A stretch of 58,386 bases of DNA, the filler included, from Malassezia furfur (Eukaryota): assembly GCA_052055015.1 (NCBI GenBank). It is 4 parts of 4 records of this genome, joined end to end, with 100 filler letters (N's around TTAATTAATTAA, not from the genome) between each part and the next. Parts side by side here need not be neighbours in the genome. Positions count along the whole stretch, not along the records: positions 14,687 to 29,255 come from JBQJIT010000285.1; positions 29,356 to 43,918 come from JBQJIT010000286.1; 2 more parts are not named here. One strand, given 5' to 3'. The notes under the pieces were generated by a model that was not told where the DNA came from, ran no database searches, and saw only the letters and a program-made list of their open reading frames with translations. The position numbers and the translations under genes are program-made. Below, piece by piece: positions 25,257 through 40,898 of the stretch. How positions within the stretch are numbered: the stretch's first letter is position 1; every line of letters begins with the position of its first letter.

Positions 25257-26193
25257 ATGGCCGACGACACCGCGGAGGAGACGGCGCTGTTGCGCGCGAT
25301 CTCCCAGTATCGTCCGCTGGGCGTGCACCGGCATTTCAATATGATTAGCATTGTACACGCACTACATGCCCACGCAGCCGAACACGGCGGCACGCAGGCC
25401 GTGCCCACTGTCGATGCCATCTGGGCGAAGCTGCGCGAGTTCTACGATCTGGACGGCCTGAACGAGCTCGTACGTGTGCCCACTCACCATGCAGGACGAG
25501 GGAAGCGATGACGAAGATACGCCCAACTGGATCAAGACGTACCCCGCTCACGTCGAGTTCCTCGCGAAAAACAAGGGCGCGCGCACGCGCGTCCTGGAGA
25601 ATGTCGACGAAGAGGAGTTCGCGCTGCACCCACCAGACGTCTACGAGCCCATCATCGAGCCACGGCGCTACGAGAAGGAGGAGACGGGCGGCAAGAGCGC
25701 CGCAGCATCGTCCGAAGACGACCTCTCCGACATGGAGTCGGGCAGCGCCTCGGAGCGCGACGGACATACACCACGCACGCGGCGACGCGCAGAGACGCGG
25801 CGCCAGTCGCGCAAGCGCGCACACAACGACGATGCGGCGGACGACCCCGCGTCGCCGGATACCACTGCGCGTGCGGGCAAGCGGCGAAAGGCGCCGCCAA
25901 GCGACGAGCCACCCCCTGTCGAGACGCCGACGCGCCCCATCACGCGGCGGCAGCGGCAGCTCGAAGACGAGGCCCACGAGGATGCAGCAGAGGAGGCGGC
26001 GCCGGCTGACGCAGACGTGCCGGTGGCAGGGAGCACACGGAGCGCGCGGCGCGCAGCATCCTCGGCAGCACCGACGCCTGAGCCGCAGCGTGTAGCCCAG
26101 ACGCGTGCGGCCGGTAAGCCCTCAGCGAGCCCCGCACGCGCGTCGCCAACGCCTGCGACACGCAGTCGGCCCCGTAGAGACACAGGTCGGTAG
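25257..26193 (+). CDS. EAF7: Eaf7/MRGBP NuA4 subunit (copy A)
   Basis: EETALLRAISQYRPLGVHRHFNM...IWAKLREFYDLDGLNE, EEFAL; intron 25470-25494. Confidence 0.88.
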
Positions 26194-26231
26194 TTGCCAA
26201 GTGGAGCACGTGGCCTGTGCTTTGGCGGCTC

Positions 26232-27893
26232 ATGTCCACCGAGCGCCCCGCGAAGCGCGTGCGGGGTAACACGCCGCAATCACCGGCGGAAGACGGGGCC
26301 CGTGCTGACGATGATGCGCTCGCGGGCAGCGACACAAAAGCAACCAGTAGCGATTCTGCGCTCGACCCACTGTCGCTGCCTGCGCGGCTGTCGTTCCGGC
26401 AGTTCGTGCAGGCGACGCAGGCGCGCGGGGGTCTTGCACACGACACCGACGCGGCATGGCAGCAGGCATATCACGACTACCGCGGCGCACACCGGCGCGC
26501 GCAACTATGGTCCTTTTTCCTCTCGCACCGGGACGCCGCGTGGTTCCACGAAAAGTACGACCCCGCACCCGAGTACGAAGAGCTGCGTGAGAAGCGCCGG
26601 CACGTGGGCCTCGGCAGCGCCGCACAGTGGATCGAGGAGCTGGACGGTGGCCAGCTGGACGGCGTGTGCTATGACGTGACGACCGACCGTACCGGCACAC
26701 AGCCGCTGTACGCCGTAACCAACCGCCGGGGGGTCGTGGAGCATTTCGACACCGAGGCGTTGCCGGTGCCGCCCGACCCCGACCATACGCTGCTCGTGCG
26801 GGCGTGGCCTGGTGATTTGGCACGCAGTGCGCTCGAGGCACACCTCGGCACCTTCCCGGGGTTCAAGTACGTCGCGATGCTCGAGCCGCTCGCGCAGCGG
26901 CACTGGCAGCGCTCGGGCCTCGTCGTGTTTGAGCCTGGGACCGACATGCGTGCGGCGCTTGCGGCGCTCGATGGGCACCGCTTTGGCGCGTTCCAGCTGC
27001 ACCTCGCGCGCGTCGACCGGCCCGCACGCGGCCGCCTATGGCTCGCGCCCGCGCAGACGCAGTCGCCCGCCCGCATCGAGCAGGACGCCGGGCAGGCCAT
27101 GCACCTTGCGACCCGGTTTGGCGCCGACGACGCGCTGCTTCGTGCGGTCGAGCGGCGGCTCGTGCACCTCGGGCACGACTTGCATGACTCGGATGAAGCG
27201 AGACGGCACGCGGCTGTATGTACTCTGCTGACGCAGCGCAAAAAGCAGCTCGACTGGCTCCTGGACCTGCTGCGCACCGTATACCACTGTGACTACTACC
27301 TCGGTGTGCGTTGCGACTGTGCCGAGGAGCTCGTGCGCCGGAGTACGTTCCATGTGCGCCGCGCGCCCAGCGACGACGACGAGCATGGCGCGGCATGGTG
27401 CAAGCACCTCGACGAAAAGATCGCGCTGCTCCTCGACCCCACACATATCCCTGCTGCGCTCGGCGGGGTGGATCTCGACGCGTACGTCGCCTTCTCACAC
27501 AGCGAAACCGCGCACGTTGCCGAGCGGTACGTGGCGCAACTGGCCCCCGAAAAGTTTCAGTGCCGCATGCTGAGCCCGAGCGGGGCGTGTGCCAAGCTGT
27601 TCAAGACGCGCGCGCACGTGCTGAAGCACCTACGCACGAAGCACGCCGCGGCGCTCACCGATGCGGGCGCAGGCCGTTTCGTCTATGTACGTGACCCACT
27701 GACGCAGGCGGCGTATTGGCACCGCTACCTCGCGGATCCGGGCCGCGTGATGCCCCCGGCACACGAGCCCGCTGAGCGCGTGGCACCGAGCGAGCGGCGC
27801 GGCACCGACGTGGCGCCGCCCGTGGCGCCGCCGACGCACTACCGCGACCTGGACGCGGGGACGGCGGGCGCACCGCTCGAGCTGCCCTACTAG
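26232..27893 (+). CDS. ARS2: ARS2/SERRATE-like RNA effector protein (copy A), three 21-nt introns
   Basis: FFLSHRDAAWFHEKYDP, RRM-like FKYVAMLEP, KQLDWLLDLLRTVYHCDYY..CD..EELVRR, C2H2 finger CAKLFK..HVLKHLRTKH; introns 27216-27236, 27482-27502, 27687-27707. Confidence 0.85.
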   Translation: MSTERPAKRVRGNTPQSPAEDGARADDDALAGSDTKATSSDSALDPLSLPARLSFRQFVQATQARGGLAHDTDAAWQQAYHDYRGAHRRAQLWSFFLSHRDAAWFHEKYDPAPEYEELREKRRHVGLGSAAQWIEELDGGQLDGVCYDVTTDRTGTQPLYAVTNRRGVVEHFDTEALPVPPDPDHTLLVRAWPGDLARSALEAHLGTFPGFKYVAMLEPLAQRHWQRSGLVVFEPGTDMRAALAALDGHRFGAFQLHLARVDRPARGRLWLAPAQTQSPARIEQDAGQAMHLATRFGADDALLRAVERRLVHLGHDLHDSDEARRHAAVCTLLTQRKKQLDWLLDLLRTVYHCDYYLGVRCDCAEELVRRSTFHVRRAPSDDDEHGAAWCKHLDEKIALLLDPTHIPAALGGVDLDAYVAFSHSETAHVAERYVAQLAPEKFQCRMLSPSGACAKLFKTRAHVLKHLRTKHAAALTDAGAGRFVYVRDPLTQAAYWHRYLADPGRVMPPAHEPAERVAPSERRGTDVAPPVAPPTHYRDLDAGTAGAPLELPY

Positions 27894-29255
27894 TCTACGT
27901 AGCGCGCGGCGTCGCACGCCTCGTCAAATAGACGCAGCGCACGGTCCTCGGCCGGCGCGGCAGCAAAGACGTTGGCGAGGATCGTCTCGCGGTTCGCTGC
28001 GAGCACGTGGCGGTACTGGGTCAGTGGCATCGACGTACAAGGCACAGGAATTCGCGGTACCACTCGCGCACCCACCACGCCTGCCACGTCGCGGCGCTCT
28101 CGCCGTCGGTGCGCGGCGTGGCGTCCCAGGCGTGCACGGTGTCGATGAGCGCGACAAACTGCTGGACGATGGTGACGAGCACGCGGCGCTGCTCGAGCTG
28201 GATGGCATCGAGGTGCACCTTGGCCTCGTCGCTCGACGCAGCGGCGTCCGCGGGCGCGTTCGGCGCGGCCGCACGCGCGAGGAGATCGTCGTAGCGGCGC
28301 GTCAGCTGGTCGACACGGCCGACGACCTTGTCGACGGTGAGGCACAGCAGCGCCCACCAGTTGAATGAGCTCCAGTCGCGCAGCGTGCCGCCGAGCGCCG
28401 AGGCGTCCGCGGCGAAGCTGAACGCGACCGTGTCGCCGCTGTGGTCGACGAGCAGGCCGCACGTCTCCTTGGGCGGCGTGAACACAAACGCGACGACGTC
28501 CACGGGCTCGACGATGCGGTACTGCAGCAGTTTGTCGACGACGATCAGCACCCACTGCGGCGAGCGCGCCCAGAAGCGCGCGGTGCTCGCGAGCATCTCG
28601 AGGCGCGCCTGCGGCGCGTGCGACAGCGAGCGGAGCAGGTCGTGGTAGCGCTCGATCATGTTGAGCAGGTGCGAGAAGCTGCGGCTCCCGGCAAAGAGCA
28701 GTGCCTGCACCGCCATGTCGCGCACGACCTGCTCGGCGACGGCCGGCGTCGCAACCAGCCCGCGCTGCTCGTCGTCCTCGTCGGGCACGTCGCTCGCGGG
28801 CGCGACGAGGCTCTGCTGCAGGCTGTGGAGGTCCGCCTGGATCACCTGCACGCTCGCCTTGGCGCGCAGCGAGTTGAGCAGCTGCATCGCGCGCGCGTGG
28901 TGGGGGTGTGTGGCGTGCGCGTAGGTAAACAGCGACGCAGGCTCCTCGGGGGGCAGCAGCGCGCCCTGCAGCTCCTCGGGGATCGTCGTCTTGATCCGGT
29001 CGTAGTACGCGAGGCGCACCTCGAGCTCGGCGAGGCGGCGCATAAACGCGCGGCGCGCGTGCGGCCACGGCAGCGCGAGGTCGGCGACCCACTCGGTCCA
29101 TGCCCACGTGAAGTTGAAATTGGACAGGTGCACGCTGAACCAGTTCGCGAGGCGCGCGAGCGTCGCCGCACGGACGCAGCCGGCGGCACTCGCCGCGTAG
29201 AAGCGGCGCATCGTGCGCCCGAGCGACGGCGCGACCTGCTGCGGCGCGGCGCCGA
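27890..29255 (-). CDS. STO1: Nuclear cap-binding complex large subunit CBP80/Sto1, 3' part (copy A)
   Basis: NWFSVHLSNFNFTWAW, LEVRLAYYDRIK, GSRSFSHLLNMIERY, VDKLLQYRIV; intron 28016-28038. Confidence 0.92.
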
Positions 29256-29355
29256 NNNNNNNNNNNNNNNNNNNNNNNNNNNNNNNNNNNNNNNNNNNNT
29301 TAATTAATTAANNNNNNNNNNNNNNNNNNNNNNNNNNNNNNNNNNNNNNNNNNNN
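29256..29355. other. Artificial scaffold spacer
   Basis: N44-TTAATTAATTAA-N44. Confidence 0.97.
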
Positions 29356-29602
29356 CGCGGCGCGCCGTCACGGCGCGGAGTGTCGGCGAGCTTGTGCAAC
29401 TGATCGGCGCAGCGGCCGCGGCGGTCAGCGGCACCGGCTCGGCATTCGGCGGCGTCGCGGCCTTCCGCGAGCGCGCAGGCGGCTTGTGGGGGGTGCTTGC
29501 GCTCGGCTTACTTGGCGTCGCCTCCTGGGCGTCGTTGGCATGTTCTGTCTTGATCTTTTTCGCCTGCCGCGCACTGCTGCGCTCGCCCTCGCGCTTCTCC
29601 AT
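29356..29602 (-). CDS. N-terminal fragment of an unidentified protein (copy B), cut by gap
   Basis: MEKREGERSSARQAKKIKTEH..., open to the contig end. Confidence 0.6.
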
Positions 29603-29701
29603 CGCGTCGCAGAAGACGCCAGCGACGGGCCGTCAGCCACGCACGCGGCGGCCACATGGCAAACTACCTCCACTTTTTCCAACGCGCGCGGCCTACCCCA
29701 G

Positions 29702-33605
<3,904 letters not shown>

Positions 33606-33679
33606 GGCGCGCAGCGGTCACGTGGTGATTCCTTCTGCGTGGGGGAGGCGTCGCGGCCTACCCACCCACGATCGCGATC

Positions 33680-34921
33680 ATGGTCTCCAAAATTCCTGGC
33701 ATGTCGCACCTGCAAAACTTCACGACGAAGGCCCCGTCGAAGAAGATGCAGTGCGGCGATGTCACTGACGGTCTCAAGAACGACCTCATGATCCGCGCGG
33801 CGCGTGGCGAAAAGACGGAGCGCACGCCGGTGTGGATCATGCGCCAGGCGGGGCGCTACCTGCCCGAGTTCCGCGAGATGCGCGCGGAGCACGAGTTCTT
33901 CCACTGCTGCCGCACGCCGGAGCTTGCGTCGGAGATCACGCTGCAACCTATTCGCCGGTACGAGGGGCTGCTCGACGGCGCAGTGATTTTCTCCGACATT
34001 CTGGTGGTGCCGCAGGCGATGGGCCTCGAGGTGGAAATGGTGCCTGGTAAGGGCCCGAGCTTCCCGCAGCCGCTCGCTTCGCCCAAGGACATGTCGCGCC
34101 TGCGCAAGGTCGACGTCGACAAGGACCTCGGCTACGTCTTGGAGGCCATCAAGCTCACTCGCCACAAGCTCAAAGGCCGTGTGCCCGTGATTGGCTTCTG
34201 TGGCGCGCCGTGGACGCTGATGGCCTACATGATCGAGGGCGGCGGCTCCAAGAGCTGGGACAAGGCCAAGAAGTGGCTCTTCGACTACCCCAACGAGAGC
34301 AAGAAGCTGCTCGAGCGCATTGCGTCGGTCTGTGCGCAGTTCCTCGTGGCGCAGATCCGCGCAGGGGCCCAGCTCGTGCAGGTGTTTGACTCGTGGGCCG
34401 GCGAGCTGTCCCCGCAGGACTTCCGCACGTTCGCCCTGCCCTACCTCCACTCCATCGCCGTCGAGGTGCGCGACTCGCTCGCCTGCATCTCGACGTGTGC
34501 GCCGCCGATGATCGTCTTTGCCAAGGGCGCACTCGGCCACTCGCTGCCCGAGATCATCCGTGCGGGCTACGACGTGGTGGCGCTCGACTACACCGTGGAG
34601 CCGGTCATGGCGCGTAAGGCCGTCGAGATGTGCCAGCAGTCCTCCAGCAAGTTTGCGACCGTCGCGGGCAACCGCGAGGCGGGCCACCCCATCGCGCTGC
34701 AGGGCAACATGGACCCCGCTGTGCTTTACGCTGAACCGCGCGTAATCGAGCAGCGCGTCGAGGAGATGCTGCGCGGCAAGTCGGGCTTCGGCGGAAGCGG
34801 CGCGTACATCTGCAACCTCGGACACGGCATCACGCCGGGCGTCGACCCCGAAAACGTCGGCGTCTTCCTGCGCGCTGTGCGCCGCATTTCGCGCGAGATC
34901 CAGGCCGAGTCGGACGCGTGA
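33680..34921 (+). CDS. HEM12: Uroporphyrinogen decarboxylase (copy B)
   Basis: As copy A. Confidence 0.97.
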   Translation: MVSKIPGMSHLQNFTTKAPSKKMQCGDVTDGLKNDLMIRAARGEKTERTPVWIMRQAGRYLPEFREMRAEHEFFHCCRTPELASEITLQPIRRYEGLLDGAVIFSDILVVPQAMGLEVEMVPGKGPSFPQPLASPKDMSRLRKVDVDKDLGYVLEAIKLTRHKLKGRVPVIGFCGAPWTLMAYMIEGGGSKSWDKAKKWLFDYPNESKKLLERIASVCAQFLVAQIRAGAQLVQVFDSWAGELSPQDFRTFALPYLHSIAVEVRDSLACISTCAPPMIVFAKGALGHSLPEIIRAGYDVVALDYTVEPVMARKAVEMCQQSSSKFATVAGNREAGHPIALQGNMDPAVLYAEPRVIEQRVEEMLRGKSGFGGSGAYICNLGHGITPGVDPENVGVFLRAVRRISREIQAESDA

Positions 34922-34986
34922 CAGTAGGAGTGTATCACTATACAGGGTGCGCGGAGATTATAGTACATGCACACACATCTAGCATA

Positions 34987-35925
34987 TTAGACTGTCACTT
35001 GGCGCAGCACGCTCGCGTGCTCGTCAGGGTTCTGCGCGACGCGCTGGTCGCGCGCGTCGTCGCTCCACAGTGCGAGGTCGGGGTGGCTGCGGCGCACGTT
35101 GTATTCTGCGCCGAGCGTCAATAGAACAATGAGCGGGTTCGTGAGCAGGCCCATCAGGCCGCCAAACACGAGCTTAATGAACGTCGGCGTCCAGGTGCCA
35201 CGCAGGTCGTCGTGCTCCCAGATGGGCGCGACGATCGCGATGCCGATCGGCCAGTACCACCAGAAAGTCAGCGCGGCAATCCACAGGCCCTGTGCGGCGG
35301 TCCACAGCAGGCGCTCAAAGCGCTGTCGAAACGTCAGGCCACGCAGCAGAAACGCATTGCGCTCGCTGCCCGTGCACATCGCGCGCACGAACCACAGGCA
35401 GAACTGCGCGAAGCGTCCGCGGCCTTCCGCATTGCCCATCGGCACGTGGCCGTAGCGCGCGACGACCTTGGGGTGGTCGGTCCCGAGGAAACACCCGTTC
35501 GGCGTGGGGTTCGCGGGGAAGTGTAGGAGCGGCGGCCAGGGACGCTCGAGCGGCGGGACGCCATGGCGCACGTCGTGGTTGCACAGGGACGACGTGATGA
35601 TCATCGTCACGAGCTGCTGGATGATCACCGTCACGCCCATATCGCCGGCGATTGTATTGTCCTGCAGCGGCCAGATACGGATGGGCTTCGTCGCCGTGCG
35701 GTACATGGCGCACGCCACGCCGAAATTTGCGGCGCCGCTAAGGATGGCCGCGCCGACCGAATTGAGCACAAACACGTAGAAGAGCTGGTAGCGCGTCATC
35801 GGAAAAATGCTCCAGTCCTTCCACGCGCTTTTTTGCTTGGTCACCACGCCTGTGGACCGAGCGGGCGCACCGAGCGTCACCGGCTCATCCTTGGGGACGT
35901 ACAGCCCGTCTTCGGGACCGTTCAT
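34987..35925 (-). CDS. Membrane protein of unknown function (copy B)
   Basis: 312 aa, collinear with copy A. Confidence 0.8.
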   Translation of the reverse strand: MNGPEDGLYVPKDEPVTLGAPARSTGVVTKQKSAWKDWSIFPMTRYQLFYVFVLNSVGAAILSGAANFGVACAMYRTATKPIRIWPLQDNTIAGDMGVTVIIQQLVTMIITSSLCNHDVRHGVPPLERPWPPLLHFPANPTPNGCFLGTDHPKVVARYGHVPMGNAEGRGRFAQFCLWFVRAMCTGSERNAFLLRGLTFRQRFERLLWTAAQGLWIAALTFWWYWPIGIAIVAPIWEHDDLRGTWTPTFIKLVFGGLMGLLTNPLIVLLTLGAEYNVRRSHPDLALWSDDARDQRVAQNPDEHASVLRQVTV

Positions 35926-36026
35926 GGCGCGTCTGGAGAAAAGGCGAGGCGTGGTGTCACGTGGAGGTAGGGCACGAAGAAATGGGCTAGGGCAACACTA
36001 TGGAGGGCGGCGCGCAACCCCACGCC

Positions 36027-37281
36027 TCAGTCAAAGAGCGCGTGCGGCACTGAAATGTTCATTAGGTCACCGAGCATAAAGTCGTCGCCACGCTCGTGCG
36101 ACTCACGCTCTCGCTGCTCGCGGAAGGTGCGTAGGATTTCCGCTGGGCCGCGGCCCTCTTGCAGCTGGATGTCCATCAGCTCCTGGAGTCGCGCGACGCT
36201 GTCGACAATCTGCGTCAGTCCATCCACGTACATCGAGTAGGTTCATCATCTCGCCAGGCACCATAAAGTTGTCGAGCGCTAGTGTCGTATTGGTCACGGC
36301 GGGCATCGTAAAGGGGGGTATCGGTTCGTCGTGCACCGAAGACGCCATTTCGGCATCCTGCGTAGCAGCAGGCACCTCGTCAGCGCCCGTTATGGCTGCG
36401 CGCGTATTTTTTCCATTGCGCATGCGCTTAGGGTGATGGTCATCGTCGTCGTCGGCGTCTGCCCGTCGCCGCTTTTCACGCTCGACACCGTACTGCATGA
36501 TTTTCTCCACCACGTCCTTGGGCACCGTGATGCTGCCTAGCCCGTAGCGTAGAGTATTGATGGGCACGTACAGGACCTGTGCCAGCGTTGAAAAGCTCAG
36601 AAACTGGAAACGCAGGCGCGTCTCGAGCTGGTACTGTCTGCCCTTGACGCCGCTCGAAGCGCCCGGCGGCGCGGGCGCCTCCTCGACGGTGGTGTATGGC
36701 GCGAGCAGCGCACGAAACATGCCAATGCGCTGCACCTGCCATCCGTTGTCCATCGTCGAGAGCTGCATCATATGGTGCGACTCGACGATGTGTGTCGTAT
36801 TGCCCATGACGACGGGCTCGGGGATGCGCGTTGCGTACGACGGCGGTGCCGAGGGTGGGGGCACGTTTGGATCCCAGCGCTGTTCGTCCGTCTCACCAAA
36901 CAGGGCGCGCATCGAGAGGAACTGGTTGCGCCCACACACATCGATAAAGTACGGCACGGCCGTATAAGGGAAGTCGTACGTCTTGGCGAGGTGCGTCACC
37001 GAGCTGAGCAATTGGATCCGCAGCGTGGCCTCGGGCACGAAGAACTTGCGCACGAGGCCGCGCGTGCGTGCGCGCGTGGGCCGCTCGCCGGGGGGCATGA
37101 ACTCGGAGAAGTACTGCATGATGCGGTTCGTTCCGGCGCCGCGCGGGAAGTAGCTCGCAAACTCAGGCGTGTACCCGGGCCTGTCTGCGATGTTTACCAG
37201 CACCTCACCCATCTTGTCCATGCCGGCGATGGGCGAATCGAGCGCGGCCGGGAGTGCCCGCGCGCTCTCAGACGCAGCCAT
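36027..37281 (-). CDS. LIM-domain-binding co-regulator (copy B), intron 36210-36231
   Basis: As copy A. Confidence 0.68.
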
Positions 37282-37321
37282 CGTGGGGATAGGCGCAAAT
37301 GCTAAATTGCTGACTAAGGAA

Positions 37322-38388
37322 TTAATAGCCGTACGCCTCGGCGCCCGGCGCTGCCAGGTCCGTCTGTTGGTAGAGCATGCCGATTTCCTGCACAATTTGT
37401 GCGGTGCGGTATTCAAGCAGCGAGAGGCCCTGTGTGAGTAGGGAAAACGTACGGTCTCGACGATCTCGGCGGGGTGCATGCTCCCGACCGACTCCACGTC
37501 AAAGTAGAAGCGGTTCGCACGGCGGTTCGGATCGAACGGCGCCCCTTCCGCGGGCGGTTCTTCCTCTCCCGCATTTTTGCTCTCGGGCCACTCCTTTTTC
37601 GCATCATGCTCGTGCCATAGTGTCGTGTGCCGCAGTGCATTGTGTGGGTCGTATTCAAAGCCCACCGCCGACACGGGGGACCACTTGGCGTGCTCTTTGG
37701 CAAAGCCCTGCGACGTCAGCCTTTGCCAACGTACCTTGCGCGCGATGCACCGCGCCTTGATATGTTGCCCCTTGCGCAGCTGCACAAGCATCACGTCGGG
37801 CTTGGACGGGTCGTCCTGGCCCACCGGCTTCCCAAAGTCAGGGTGCCGCGGCGCTACCGGCCCAAACGCCGCCTCGTCCGAGTAAGGATTCGCGATGGTG
37901 TTGCTCCGGATCAGATCCTTGGACGTGACAAACATCGCGCCACGGTCGCTCGTGCACATGCAATCGAGCATCAGCTCAACCGAGCACCGGTCACACCCGT
38001 CCTCGCACGAGCAGTCCTGGAGTAAGCAGGGAAAGGGACATACGCGTTGGTCGATCAGCACCTTGGCCGTATCCATGCTCATCAGCGGCACCATACCGAG
38101 ACGGTGCGCGAAGAACTCGTCGGGAAGCACGGTCGTGTTGACCATGATCTCCACCATGTCGATCGCTGTATAAGTGGGGGGCAACCTACCGACCGTGGGC
38201 ACGTCGGCGATCATCGTACGACGCAGCGAGTTGGCAAAACTCAGGTCGACATTCTCCAGGACAAAGTCGGCATGCGACGCATTGATCTCACGGATCGTAA
38301 ACTTGGGCTGGTTCGCCTGCGTGTGTACCGCGCCGCCGGCGGCCACCGCGCCGTCTTGCGCGCCGTACAACCCGTTCACCGCGGCCAT
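37322..38388 (-). CDS. RPB3: RNA polymerase II subunit Rpb3 (copy B), 4 introns
   Basis: As copy A; intron lengths 24, 27, 27, 23 nt. Confidence 0.95.
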
Positions 38389-38469
38389 GCCGCGTCGTGG
38401 TCGAACGACGGCGTCGCTCGCGCTTATGTAAGAATTATCAACAGGCACGCACGCACGCCCCCGTCCATC

Positions 38470-39891
38470 ATGCTGGAGTCTGTGGTGCTCCGGCCGCAGC
38501 GCCTGCTGTTTGCGCTGATTGCGTTCATGGTGGTGTTGTTCTTCACCACCTACCTGTCTCTGTCGTCGTGGGGCAGCGAGCAGGTGCGCACGCACTTTGA
38601 GACACTCAAGGCCGCGTTCAACAAGAACGCAACCCAGGCTGCCGCACACGCCCAGAACGAGGTCGCGTCGACGCTCGCGACCGGTGGGCAGCCGTCGCAC
38701 ACGTTTATGGACGGCATCAAGACGATCGATGATCTGCGCAAGTATGCAATCAAGGGCGAGGACGGGAACTTGTACCCGCCGACATTTGTGCCCTCGGAGG
38801 CGAACAAACTGCCGCGCGCCAAGGCCGGCTTCATTGTGCTGGTGCGCAACAGTGAGCTGGAAGACATGCGCAAGAGCATGCGCGATGGTACGCAGCCGCC
38901 CTAACGCAGTCGAGGATCGCTTCAACCGCAAGTACGGCTACCCTTGGATCTTCCTGAACAGTGCGTGTGCCTGACCTGACCCCAGATGAGCCGTTCACGG
39001 AAGAGTTCAAGCAGGGCGTCAAGAAGATGACGCGCTCCGAGGTGCGCTTCGGGTTCATCGGCCCCGAGATGTGGGGCTACCCCGACTGGATCGACCAGAC
39101 ACGCGCCGCCGAGTCGCGCAAGAAGATGGCGGTGCGTACCGCTGTGTGTGGCTGACCCCAGGAAGACGGTGTGATTTACGGGTGGTCCGAATCGTACCGG
39201 CACATGTGCCGCTTCCAGAGTGGCTTCTTCTGGCGGCACAATCTCACGATGGACCTAGACTACTACTGGCGCGTGGAGCCGGGCATCCAGCTCTTCTGCG
39301 ACCTGGACTACGACCCCTTCGTGTTCATGGAGCTGAACAACAAGAAGTACGGATTCACCATCTCGCTCCACGAGTACGTCAAGACGATCCCCACGCTCTG
39401 GGACCGCACGAAGGAGTTCATGAAGCTGCACCCCGACTACCTCGCCAAGGACCACGCGCTCCACTTTATGACCGACGAGCCGGAGCGCCTCCTGGAGCCG
39501 GGGTACAACATGTGTCACTTCTGGAGCAACTTTGAGATTGCCGACCTGCGTTTCTGGCGCGGCCAGCAATACACCGAGTACTTCGACTACCTGGACAAGG
39601 CCGGTGGCTTCTTCTACGAGCGGTGGGGCGACGCGCCCGTGCACAGCATCGCCGCGGTGCTGTTCCTGAACCGCTCGCAGATCCACCATTTCAACGACAT
39701 TGGGTACTTCCACGGGCCGTGGACCCACTGCCCGCTGAACCGGCCCAAGTTCCATGACAACGGCAAGTGCCTGTGCAACCCCGAAGACGTACGTGTGCGC
39801 ACTCACCCAGTCGGCGGATTACAACGATTTCATGTGCATGAAGGAGTGGTGGCGCACCTCCATTGAGGGCGATCCCAACCTCCGTCCGTAG
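38470..39891 (+). CDS. GT15 mannosyltransferase (copy B), 4 introns
   Basis: As copy A. Confidence 0.95.
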
Positions 39892-39918
39892 CCGCGCACG
39901 TGTGGAGGTTTGTTCGCC

Positions 39919-40861
39919 ATGGCCGACGACACCGACACCGCGGAGGAGACGGCGCTGCTGCGCGCCATCTCCCAGTTCCGTCCGCTGGGTGTGCACCGGC
40001 ATTTCAATATGATAAGCATTGTACACGCACTCCATGCGCATGCGGCCGAACACGGAGGCGCGCAGGCCGCGCCTACCGTCGAAGCCATCTGGGCAAAGCT
40101 GCGCGACTTTTACGATCTGGACGGCCTGAACGAGCTCGTACGTCCCCACACTTACCCCGCAGGACGAAGGAAGTGATGACGAAGATACACCGAGCTGGAT
40201 CAAGACGTACCCTGCGCACATCGAGCTCCTTGCGAAAAACAAAGGCGCTCGTACGCGCGTCCTGGAGAACGCCGACGACGAGGAGTTTGTGCTGCATCCA
40301 CCCGAAGCCTACGAGCCGATCATCGAGCCTAGGCGCTACGAGAAAGAAGAGACGGGTGGCAAGAGCACCGCGGCGTCATCCGAAGACGACCTCTCGGACA
40401 TGGAGTCGGGCAGCGCCTCGGAGCGCGATGGGCATACTCCGCGCACGCGGCGGCGCACCGAGACGCGGCGCCAGTCGCGCAAGCGTGCACACACGGACGA
40501 CGCGGCAGATGACCCTGCGTCGCCGGACACGACCGCGCGCGCGGGCAAGCGGCGAAAAGCGCCGCCGAGCGACGAGGCGGCCCCTGCCGAGACGCCGACA
40601 CGCCCTATTACGCGGCGGCAGCGGCAACTTGAGGACGAGGCACAAGAAGAGGCCGCGGAGGAGGCTGCGCCCGCCGAGGCAGACGTGCCGGTCGCGGGGA
40701 GCACACGGAGCGCGCGGCGCGCGGCGTCTTCGGCGGCACCCACGCCCGAGCCGCAGCGTATGGCGCAGACGCGCGCGGCTGGTAAGCCGTCGGCAAGCCC
40801 TGCGCGCGCGTCGCCGACGCCCGCGACGCGCAGTCGGCCCCGTAGAGACACCGGTCGGTAG
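39919..40861 (+). CDS. EAF7: Eaf7/MRGBP (copy B), 1 intron
   Basis: As copy A. Confidence 0.88.
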
Positions 40862-40898
40862 TTGCCAGTGGAGCACGTGGCCTGTGCTTTGGCGGTCC

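Noticed and set aside
36103..38931. 942-aa ORF suggesting an RPB3/LIM-binding fusion
   Set aside because: Read-through of three 3n introns plus the retained 23-nt last intron; the same intron in copy A contains an in-frame TGA, so the fusion is not conserved
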